Source: a bacterium (lineage in GTDB: Bacteria > SZUA-182 > DTGQ01 > JAFGSM01). Taken from it: 19,057 nucleotides of DNA. The stretch spans positions 1 to 19,057 of the forward strand of contig JBLIRN010000049.1 of the NCBI GenBank assembly GCA_049472315.1, given 5' to 3'. The position numbers were made by a program, and so were the translations under genes. Within the stretch, counting starts at the first letter, position 1; every line of letters begins with the position of its first letter. The notes under the pieces were generated by a model, which was not told the origin of the DNA, did not search any database, and saw only the letters and a list, made by a program, of their open reading frames with translations. Positions 10,232 to 18,494 of the stretch are shown here, piece by piece.

Positions 10232-12262
10232 ATGCGCCTGTTTATAAAGGTGACGTTGCTGCTGCTCGTTGTGGGACTGGTGCAACTGGTCATTCTCAGC
10301 TTCTTCACCCTCACCACCGTGGAAAAAACCGTCACGCGAACCATCAACAGCGGCCTCACCTCCCTGGCCGTCGAGGTGGGACAGGAAGTGCATCGGGTTG
10401 TGAACGAGGCGTATCATAATATCCTGCTGCTGGCGCAAAATCCGGTTATCACCTCCCCTGTCGCAACGCGGGAGGAGCAGCAGATGGAGTTGGTCAAGAC
10501 ACAGCAATTCCACCGGATATTCAAGGACATCACCCTTCTAAACACAAACGGGGATATCAGGGCATCGGTATTCTATTCCTTCAGGGGCACATGGAAATCC
10601 ACCCTCTGGTTCAAATCCGCAGTTGAAGGAAGGCCCATGCTCTCGGACGTTCATGCCGTGCTCTATCCTTACGAAATCGTCATGACCGCTATAACCCCGT
10701 TCAAAAACAGCGAAGGTGAGATTGCCGGGGTGCTGGTCGGACAGATCGACATGGAGCGGATTTGGGAGATTACCAGGAACGTCTCAGTAGGAAAACAGGG
10801 TGAGGTGATGGTAGTGAACCGGCACGGTATTATTGTCTCGGCACCTGATCCGGATCGCCTGCTCGGGCGAATCGGCGATGAAGACCTGTATCATGCGATA
10901 ATCCAACGGGAACAGGGTGTCCTTGAACTCCGGGATGAGTCGGGATGCATGCTCGCCGTCCATGTCCCGATCAACAGTGTGTGTGAACAGCATGCCATCG
11001 AATGGAGCGTTGTCGTTTCACAGCCGAAAAAGGAGGCATATAGCGTCCTGTACTATGTGCGATGCGGCCTGCTGTTGTCATTGCTTGCCTGTGTGGCGAC
11101 CGTCATGATTCTCAGTCCCTTGTTGAGCAGAAGGATTACCCGCCGTGTGAATGCATTGGTGGTGGCCACGCGACACCTCGGCAAGGGCGAGTTTGACGCA
11201 CAGGTGCAGGATTTGGGAAACGATGAAATCGGCGAGCTTGGGAGGGCGTTTAACCGGGCACAGGATGAGCTCGCCTGCTCACAGAGAAAGATTCATGAAT
11301 ACAGCGAACATCTCGAAGAACTGGTTGAGGAGCGGACGGCCGCATTGAAGGCAACCCAGTCGGAACTTATCGAAACGGCGCACCTGGCAGGAATGGCCGA
11401 GGTGGCTACCGGGGTGCTTCATAACATCGGCAATGCGATCAATAGCGTAAACATACGGCTGCGATTCATCAAAGAGACCGTTGAAGGGCTGAGGATCAAC
11501 AAGCTGATGGATTCAATTGTCCTGCTTGAATCCAATGCGGATAAACTCGATCACTATTGCAGCCTTGATCCCAAGGGGCAAAAGGTCCTCCCGTACATGA
11601 AAATGCTCTCAGGCAGGATGGCAGAGGATCGCCAGCGGATCTCACAGGATATACAGTTCCTCGAGGAACAGGTACGACACATCTGCGATGTCATTACCCT
11701 GCAGCAGTCGTATGCAAAGGGCGACCGGGTGGTCCGGGAGGAGCACCGGATCGATGAAATCCTTATGGATTCCATTCGGATGCACAGCGACGTTCTCGAG
11801 AAAAATGGGATCAGCGTGAACACGGATTTTTCCTATCAAGAGCCAATGCTCCTGAACCGGCATCAATTGATCCAGGTGTTTGTCAACCTGATCAAGAACG
11901 CATCGCAATCCATTGAATTGTGGGGGCCCGAAGAGAAGGCCATATACATCGCAACCAGGCTCATTCATGACCCGACAAGAGAAAATCCCTTGGTGGAGAT
12001 TTCGATACGCGACACCGGCGGAGGATTTTCCCAGGAGATCAAAAACCAGCTCTTCACCTTCGGATTCAGCACAAAAAATAACGGAGGCAAGGGATTCGGC
12101 CTCCATTTTTGTGCCACCTGTCTCCAGAGCATCAATGGGAGTATCAACGCAAAAAGTGACGGCCCCGGCACAGGCGCAACCTTTTTCGTGCATATTCCGA
12201 TTGATACATCAGGGATTAAAAACAAGGGGCACGAGGCATATGTCCATGCACAGGATGCATAA
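10232..12262 (+). CDS. Membrane sensor histidine kinase (TM - Cache-like periplasmic domain - TM - HAMP - HisKA - HATPase)
   Basis: Two hydrophobic segments flank a Cache-like region (WFKSAVEG, GEIAGVLVG, WSVVVSQPKKEAY). HAMP DEIGELGRAFN, H-box VLHNIGNAIN, N-box NLIKNA, G1 DTGGG, G2 GKGFGL. Confidence 0.92.
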   Translation: MRLFIKVTLLLLVVGLVQLVILSFFTLTTVEKTVTRTINSGLTSLAVEVGQEVHRVVNEAYHNILLLAQNPVITSPVATREEQQMELVKTQQFHRIFKDITLLNTNGDIRASVFYSFRGTWKSTLWFKSAVEGRPMLSDVHAVLYPYEIVMTAITPFKNSEGEIAGVLVGQIDMERIWEITRNVSVGKQGEVMVVNRHGIIVSAPDPDRLLGRIGDEDLYHAIIQREQGVLELRDESGCMLAVHVPINSVCEQHAIEWSVVVSQPKKEAYSVLYYVRCGLLLSLLACVATVMILSPLLSRRITRRVNALVVATRHLGKGEFDAQVQDLGNDEIGELGRAFNRAQDELACSQRKIHEYSEHLEELVEERTAALKATQSELIETAHLAGMAEVATGVLHNIGNAINSVNIRLRFIKETVEGLRINKLMDSIVLLESNADKLDHYCSLDPKGQKVLPYMKMLSGRMAEDRQRISQDIQFLEEQVRHICDVITLQQSYAKGDRVVREEHRIDEILMDSIRMHSDVLEKNGISVNTDFSYQEPMLLNRHQLIQVFVNLIKNASQSIELWGPEEKAIYIATRLIHDPTRENPLVEISIRDTGGGFSQEIKNQLFTFGFSTKNNGGKGFGLHFCATCLQSINGSINAKSDGPGTGATFFVHIPIDTSGIKNKGHEAYVHAQDA

Positions 12263-13427
12263 CCGAAGGATATTGGTCACCGACGATCAACCCGAGGTGG
12301 TGGAGGACTATCTACGTATACTGAAATCCCGGAAGGTGACAGGGGATGAATTGGACGCATTGGAACGGGATCTGTTCGGAGAAACGTCTGGCGACAATCC
12401 AGGATCGCAAGCCTCAGAGATACAGTACAATGTGAGCACGGCACGGCAGGGTGAAGAGGCCATATCCCGGGTCAAAAAGGCATTGGAGGAGGACGACCCC
12501 TTTGCCGTTGCATTTCTCGATGTACGTATGCCCCCGGGGATCGACGGCGTTCATGCTGCCCGTGAAATCAGGAGGATGGATCCGAATATCCATATTGTCT
12601 TTGTCACTGCGTATTCCGATTTCTCACACACGGAAATTTGCAGGCTGATGGAGTCAACGGACAAGTACCTGTTCCTGCGCAAGCCGTTCGATGCGGATGA
12701 AATACGCCAACTCGCCCTTGCCTTATCCGAAAAATGGCAGCTCGACAAGATGGTAAACGAGAGAACACGGGAACTGCAGATCACCCGCACGGTTGGCATC
12801 AGGGCGCTGGCTGAGCTTGCCGAATTGAGGGATTGTACCACAGGCACCCATTTGAAACGGGTGGCCGAATATTCGAAACTCATTGCCCGGATACTCTCAC
12901 GGCGAAAGGAACCCAAATGGTGTAAATACATTACCGAGCAATACATCCAGGACATCGGCGAATCAAGCGTGTTGCACGATATCGGAAAGATCGGCATCCC
13001 GGATAACATCCTGCTCAAGCCTGGTAGACTGACCCCCAAGGAGCGTGAGTTGATGAAGATTCACACCACCATCGGTGGTGATACCCTGGCCAAGGCAGTG
13101 GAGGAGATAGAGATCCAATCCTTCCTGACCCTGGGCAGGGAGATTGCCTATCATCACCATGAATGGTTTAACGGTTCGGGATACCCCAGGGGCTTGAAGG
13201 GGGAAGAAATCCCCCTTTCAGCCCGCATTGTGGCGCTGGCGGACGTATACGACGCCCTGACCTCGGACAGGCCTTATCGCAAGGCATATCCGCATGCAAC
13301 CGCATTCAGACTCATCACCGGAAAAAGGGGGAAGGTACAATTCGATCCGGTAGTCCTGGAGTCATTCCTGCACCATGAGGAGGCATTTAAGAACATTCAT
13401 TCGCAGTACCGGAATCACTTCGTCTAA
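12240..13427 (+). CDS. Response regulator with HD-GYP phosphodiesterase output (RpfG-like)
   Basis: REC: ILVTDD, AFLDVRMPPGIDG, VTAYSD, KPF. HD-GYP: TGTHLKRV, LHDIGK, HHEWFNGSGYPRGL, LADVYDAL, RPYRK. The start (12240, 12246 or 12255) overlaps the kinase stop codon; the ORF-track extension to 11913 lies inside the kinase gene. Confidence 0.93.
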   Translation: MSMHRMHNRRILVTDDQPEVVEDYLRILKSRKVTGDELDALERDLFGETSGDNPGSQASEIQYNVSTARQGEEAISRVKKALEEDDPFAVAFLDVRMPPGIDGVHAAREIRRMDPNIHIVFVTAYSDFSHTEICRLMESTDKYLFLRKPFDADEIRQLALALSEKWQLDKMVNERTRELQITRTVGIRALAELAELRDCTTGTHLKRVAEYSKLIARILSRRKEPKWCKYITEQYIQDIGESSVLHDIGKIGIPDNILLKPGRLTPKERELMKIHTTIGGDTLAKAVEEIEIQSFLTLGREIAYHHHEWFNGSGYPRGLKGEEIPLSARIVALADVYDALTSDRPYRKAYPHATAFRLITGKRGKVQFDPVVLESFLHHEEAFKNIHSQYRNHFV

Positions 13428-13550
13428 TCCATTTTCTCCGGTTTTTCTTCTTTTTCCCAATGCAGTCGATACCCTCTTCAGAAAAAGGGACTCATGCCCG
13501 TAGTGCGTGTCACAGTGGGATAGGACATTGCAGCAATTTTCATTTCGAAT

Positions 13551-13590
13551 CGTTCACCTGAAATCCAGATTTCGTCAGGCGGAGCGAACG
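13551..13590. repeat. Single short hairpin-forming copy of the same repeat family
   Basis: 13563-13588 ATCCAGATTTCGTCAGGCGGAGCGAA matches the reverse complement of 7596-7621 at 23 of 26 positions. Ends CGTTC/GAACG are inverted repeats, with inner stems CCTGA/TCAGG and GAAATC/GATTTC. Confidence 0.75.
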
Positions 13591-13752
13591 TAATTCCCTT
13601 TCTGGATTCTATGTTCTGGTTACGCCGATCCGGAACCCGGAATAAACACAAATACGGAAAATGACGAAAAATAAATATATAAAATATCATAACCACCAAT
13701 GGTGCCGATTCCATGTTGAAACCATGCCTCCCGTTGCAACGGGCACGGAGAA

Positions 13753-16700
13753 ATGCATGCAGGCCACTATGATTATGCAGGGTGCATGAGAATGTCCAAA
13801 GGGATAAAGCAGAACAACCAACATATTCATGATGATATCAATCCCGGGCAGCCACAGGGGTTTATGAATGAATCGGGGCAGGAACTGCGGGAAAACGAGG
13901 AGCGCTTCAGGACCCTGGTAGAGGATGCCCCTTTCGGGCTCTCCATCATGCGCCAAGACGGCACATTCGAGTATCTCAACCCCCGATTCACCGAGATCTT
14001 CGGGTACACCAGGGAGGACATTCCGAACAAGAGGATCTGGTTTTCAAAGGCATATCCGGATAAAAGATATCGCAGGCAGGTGGTCGGCATCTGGAAGGAT
14101 GACCTTGCCACAGGCATTGCAAACGGTCAGATACATGACCGCTCCTTCAGCGTACGGTGCAAGGATGGCAATGACAAGATCATCCATTTCAGGGCGGTCG
14201 GATTAAAGGATGGAAAACAGATCCTTACCTACGAGGATATCACCGAACGTCGCAAAAACGAGGAGGAGTTGAGGTACCGGTATGAGCTGGAGAAGCTCAT
14301 CACCACCATATCATCCGACTTCATCATCCTCTCCTATGAGGAAATCGATCGAGGGATCAGCATAGCCCTGAAGATCATCGGTGAATTCGCCCGTGTTGAC
14401 AGAAGCTATGTGATACTGCTGTCCGAAGACGGCATGAGGATGACGAACACCCACGAATGGTGCGCAAAGGGAGTGAAATCCCTTCGGCACAAAATCAAGG
14501 ACGTTCCATTGGGCGACTTCCACTGGGTATCGAAGAAGATCACCGATTGCGAGGTGATACATATCCCCAGGGTTACAGATCTTCCGGAAGTGGCACAGGC
14601 TGAGAAGCGGCAATTGCAGGCATATGGGGTGCAATCGGTGGTCGCCGTTCCCCTTTTCTTTGCAGGACGATGCATGGGGGCTGTCGGGTTTGATTCGATC
14701 AGGCAGGAGAAGGAATGGTCTGACGAGACCATATCCCTGCTCAAACTCATAGGCGGTGTCATCTCAAATGTCCTCGAACGAAAGCGGTCGGAAGAAGAGA
14801 TACGGAAATTCAAGACGATCTCGGACAAGGCCAACTACGGGAATGCAATCATGGACATCGAGGGAAACATCATCTACGCGAACGAGTGTTTTGCCAGGAT
14901 GCACGGCTATTCGCCGGAGGATATTCTCGGCAGGCCCCTCTCCATCCTCCATGCCAAAGAACAGATGGGGCACCGCACCGGATTGAACATCGAGATCATG
15001 TACAGCGGTGGTTACACCGGACAGGAGGTCTGGCATACAAGGAAGGATGGGAGCACCTTTCCGGTCATCATCAATGCGGGAATGATCAAGGATGACGCAG
15101 GCACCCCCCTGTTTTTCTCGGCAACGGTGATCGACATTTCAGAGCGGAAACAGGCAGAAGAGGCGCTCCAGCTATCGGAGGAAAAGTATCGCGAGTTGGT
15201 GGAGAATATCAACAATGTCATCTATACCGTGGACAAGGACGGTAGATTGACCTATATCAGCCCTGCGGTTACCCCGCTCATGGGATATACCCCTCCCGAG
15301 ATGCTTGGAAGGCCCTTCTCGGAGTTCATCCATCCCAAGGACCTGCCCCACTGCTTGAGGAATTTTCGCCTCTCCCTCACCGATCGCTCGGTATTCGGAG
15401 AGTACCGGGTTTTCACCCAATCAGGCAAAATCCGGTGGATAAACACCTCCACACGACCCATTGCCAAAGACGGACAAGTCATCGGGGTGCAAGGGGTCTA
15501 TACCGACATTACCGAACGAAAAACAGCAGAGAAACAGCTCAGGGACAGGGAGGAAAAATATCGCAATGTCGTCGAAAACTCCAATGAATGCATCTGCATC
15601 CTGCAGGACAATGCAATCAAGTTCATCAACCATCAATCACACAATCTACTGGGCGCTCAGGCAGACGATCTGACCGGCACACCATTCACCGATTATGTCC
15701 ATCCCGGCGAACTGGAAAAGATTCGCGCCCTGTATCTGAGCTTCATGGCCGGAAAGGAGGACGAACAGCGATTTGAAACCATTCTCATGCATGGAGACGG
15801 CCAAGCACGAGACGTGGAAATCAATGTGAGTGTCACGAGCTACGATGAACGCAGGGCAGGCCTTGTTTTCATCCGTGATATCACCGAGCGCAAGAAGGCG
15901 GAGAACGCCCTGAGGGATTCCGAGGCGAAGTTCAAGGCCCTGGCTGAGCACTCTCCCAACATGATCTTTATCAACAAGCAGGGAAGGATCGTCTATGCCA
16001 ACAAGAAATGCGAAGAGATCATGGGGTATAAAAGGGAGGAGTTCTACGCGGCAGCCTTTGATTTTTACCGGCTGATCGCTCCCGAGCATCGGGATACCTT
16101 AAAGGCAAATTTCAAACACCACATGAACGAGGAAGATGTTCCCCCCGTTGAATACGGCATTATCACCAAGAAGGGAAAACGAATCGACGCAATCCTCACC
16201 ACGAAATTGATCGATTATGAAAAAGGCCGGGCCATCCTGGGAATCGTCACGGATATCTCAAGGCTGAAGGAGGCAGAGGAGGCGTTGCGGGATTCCGAGG
16301 CGAAGTACCGGTTGCTCGTCGAAACCCAGACGGACCTGGTGGTCAAGTTGGACTGTAAGGGCAGGTTCCTGTTTGTAAGCCCCTCATACTGCGAACTGTT
16401 TGGAAAATCGGAGAAGGAATTGTTCGGCAAACAATTCCTCCCCATGATACACAAGCAAGACCAGGCCATCACCCTCAGGGCGATGGAAAAACTCCATCAA
16501 CCTCCCCATATCTGTTCCCTGGAACATCGCGGGACCACGCCCGGCGGATGGAGGTGGATCGCATGGGCATTCAAATCCGTTCTTGACGAACACGGCACGG
16601 TTATCGGCATTGTCGGCGCAGGCAGGGATATCACGGAGCGGAAACAGGCAGAGGAGGATCTCTCGTTATCCAAAACCCGCCAGGAATATCTGCTATGGGC

Positions 16701-18219
16701 AAATCCGGCGATCATCTATACCACGAAGGCCTCCGACGGCTATGCACCGACCTATGTGAGTGAAAATATCTTTCGACAGCTCGGGTATACCCCAAAGGAG
16801 TTCCTGTTTGATCCGCAGTTCCGATTCAATCACATCCATCCGGAAGACCTCTCCATGTTCATGGGCAACCTTGAGGAACTCCTTGAAAAGGAAATCATTG
16901 TCCAAAATTACCGTTTCCTCCACAAGGACGGCACCTACCGCTGGCTGAACGATGATTGCCGATTAATACGCGATGAAAAGGGGAAACCGCTGGAGATCGT
17001 CGGCTCTATAATCGATATAACAGAGCAAAAGTGTCTGGAAGAACAGTTTCACCATGCTCAACGGCTGGATGCAGTGGGGAGGCTGGCAGGGGGTGTTGCC
17101 CATGACTTCAACAATCTTCTTCAAACGATCATGGGATATTGCGACTTCATGCTCTTTGGGTCTGAGGACACGCGACAAATCCACAAGGATGTCGAAGAGA
17201 TAAAGAAGGCAACGGTGAAGGCCGCATCTCTCACCAGGCAACTCCTCGCCTTCAGCCGCAAGCAGTCGATCGAGCCCTCCCTGTTGAACCTCAATTCCGT
17301 CATTAACGACCTGACCAAGATGCTCAAGCGCCTCATCGGGGAAGACATTGAATTTTCTACCATCATGTCATCCGATCTGATGAATATCAAGGCGGACCAG
17401 GGCAATATCGAACAGATCATCATGAACCTCGTGGTCAATGCACGGGATGCGATGCCGCAGGGGGGGAGACTTTGTGTAAAGACGGAAAACATCATGCTGG
17501 AAAAAAGGGATTGCAGGGATGACCCCCTGGCCAGGCCGGGAAGGTTTGTATGTCTCTCGGTTGAGGACACCGGTACCGGAATCGACAGCAAGGTCAAGGC
17601 GCATATCTTTGAGCCGTTTTTCAGCACCAAGAAAAAGGGGGAGGGAACCGGGCTGGGGCTCTCCACCGTCTATGGAATCGTCAAACAGCACGAGGGGTGG
17701 ATACAGGTCATCACTGAACCGGGACAAGGGACAACCTTCAGGATATTCCTGCCGGCAATCATAGAACGAATCGATAAAACATCCGGCGATGACGTTGACA
17801 TGGAGAAATACCATGGCAATGGTGAGCGGATATTGATCGTTGAAGACGAAATCGGGGTTCGTGAAATGGCGAAACGCGCGCTCGATAATGCAGGATATGC
17901 AGTATATGAAGCCTCGTGCGTACAGGAGGCGCTCAATATCTTGCAGACGGAAAAGGGGCATTTTGACCTTGTATTGAGCGATGTGGTGTTGCCCGATCAG
18001 AGCGGCATCCTTCTGGCCGAGCAAATCCAATCCTCGAACGAAGGTGTCAAGATCATCCTGTGCAGCGGGTATACGGATCAAAGGTCCCAATTACAGATCA
18101 TCCATTCAAAAGGGATCACCTTCCTCCAAAAACCGTACAGCCTTACGGATCTCCTCAAGGCCATCAAGTCGGCCCTGAAATCCTGCTGCATGAGACAAAA
18201 GACACGGGTTTCAGCCTGA
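13753..18219 (+). CDS. Cytoplasmic hybrid sensor histidine kinase: PAS-GAF-6xPAS-HisKA-HATPase-REC
   Basis: Seven PAS/PAC modules end in DITER/DISER-type motifs; one GAF (THEWCAKG...VVAVPLF); H-box GGVAHDFNNLL; NLVVNARDAM; DTGTG; FFSTKKKGEGTGLGL; C-terminal REC (VEDE, LSDVVLP, SGY, KPY). No TM segment seen. The true start may be 13792 or 13864. Confidence 0.93.
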   Translation: MHAGHYDYAGCMRMSKGIKQNNQHIHDDINPGQPQGFMNESGQELRENEERFRTLVEDAPFGLSIMRQDGTFEYLNPRFTEIFGYTREDIPNKRIWFSKAYPDKRYRRQVVGIWKDDLATGIANGQIHDRSFSVRCKDGNDKIIHFRAVGLKDGKQILTYEDITERRKNEEELRYRYELEKLITTISSDFIILSYEEIDRGISIALKIIGEFARVDRSYVILLSEDGMRMTNTHEWCAKGVKSLRHKIKDVPLGDFHWVSKKITDCEVIHIPRVTDLPEVAQAEKRQLQAYGVQSVVAVPLFFAGRCMGAVGFDSIRQEKEWSDETISLLKLIGGVISNVLERKRSEEEIRKFKTISDKANYGNAIMDIEGNIIYANECFARMHGYSPEDILGRPLSILHAKEQMGHRTGLNIEIMYSGGYTGQEVWHTRKDGSTFPVIINAGMIKDDAGTPLFFSATVIDISERKQAEEALQLSEEKYRELVENINNVIYTVDKDGRLTYISPAVTPLMGYTPPEMLGRPFSEFIHPKDLPHCLRNFRLSLTDRSVFGEYRVFTQSGKIRWINTSTRPIAKDGQVIGVQGVYTDITERKTAEKQLRDREEKYRNVVENSNECICILQDNAIKFINHQSHNLLGAQADDLTGTPFTDYVHPGELEKIRALYLSFMAGKEDEQRFETILMHGDGQARDVEINVSVTSYDERRAGLVFIRDITERKKAENALRDSEAKFKALAEHSPNMIFINKQGRIVYANKKCEEIMGYKREEFYAAAFDFYRLIAPEHRDTLKANFKHHMNEEDVPPVEYGIITKKGKRIDAILTTKLIDYEKGRAILGIVTDISRLKEAEEALRDSEAKYRLLVETQTDLVVKLDCKGRFLFVSPSYCELFGKSEKELFGKQFLPMIHKQDQAITLRAMEKLHQPPHICSLEHRGTTPGGWRWIAWAFKSVLDEHGTVIGIVGAGRDITERKQAEEDLSLSKTRQEYLLWANPAIIYTTKASDGYAPTYVSENIFRQLGYTPKEFLFDPQFRFNHIHPEDLSMFMGNLEELLEKEIIVQNYRFLHKDGTYRWLNDDCRLIRDEKGKPLEIVGSIIDITEQKCLEEQFHHAQRLDAVGRLAGGVAHDFNNLLQTIMGYCDFMLFGSEDTRQIHKDVEEIKKATVKAASLTRQLLAFSRKQSIEPSLLNLNSVINDLTKMLKRLIGEDIEFSTIMSSDLMNIKADQGNIEQIIMNLVVNARDAMPQGGRLCVKTENIMLEKRDCRDDPLARPGRFVCLSVEDTGTGIDSKVKAHIFEPFFSTKKKGEGTGLGLSTVYGIVKQHEGWIQVITEPGQGTTFRIFLPAIIERIDKTSGDDVDMEKYHGNGERILIVEDEIGVREMAKRALDNAGYAVYEASCVQEALNILQTEKGHFDLVLSDVVLPDQSGILLAEQIQSSNEGVKIILCSGYTDQRSQLQIIHSKGITFLQKPYSLTDLLKAIKSALKSCCMRQKTRVSA

Positions 18220-18339
18220 TCGAATAATTCATCTGCAATAACTGCTTGGCTGCGTTTCCACCCCCATCATATAAAACCGACACATCCGGAAATATGCCCT
18301 CCATCATGTTAACAATTTTCATTTTTGGCTGCTTACGGG

Positions 18340-18367
18340 GTATAATAATAGAAGTATAATAATAGAA
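18340..18367 (+). repeat. 14-bp perfect tandem duplication containing TATAAT
   Basis: GTATAATAATAGAA at 18340-18353 and 18354-18367, followed by a partial third copy (GTATA). Confidence 0.85.
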
Positions 18368-18494
18368 AAGTATACGACGCCTTAAATATATCATTGAGCC
18401 TTATACAAAGACAAAAAGGACCTTCGGACATCTACGAAAAGTATGAGGTTGAAAAGATGTAAGGGGGGGTGAAAAATGCCATGGAGGTGGAGCT

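Noticed and set aside
11913..12239. N-terminal extension of the HD-GYP ORF (504-aa version)
   Set aside because: It overlaps the kinase ATPase domain in another frame. The REC domain begins just after the Met codons at 12240-12255, which have RBS-like sequence upstream.
13741..13757. Possible sigma54 promoter (GGCACG...TGC) before the hybrid kinase
   Set aside because: GG-to-GC spacing is 11 nt rather than the required 10.
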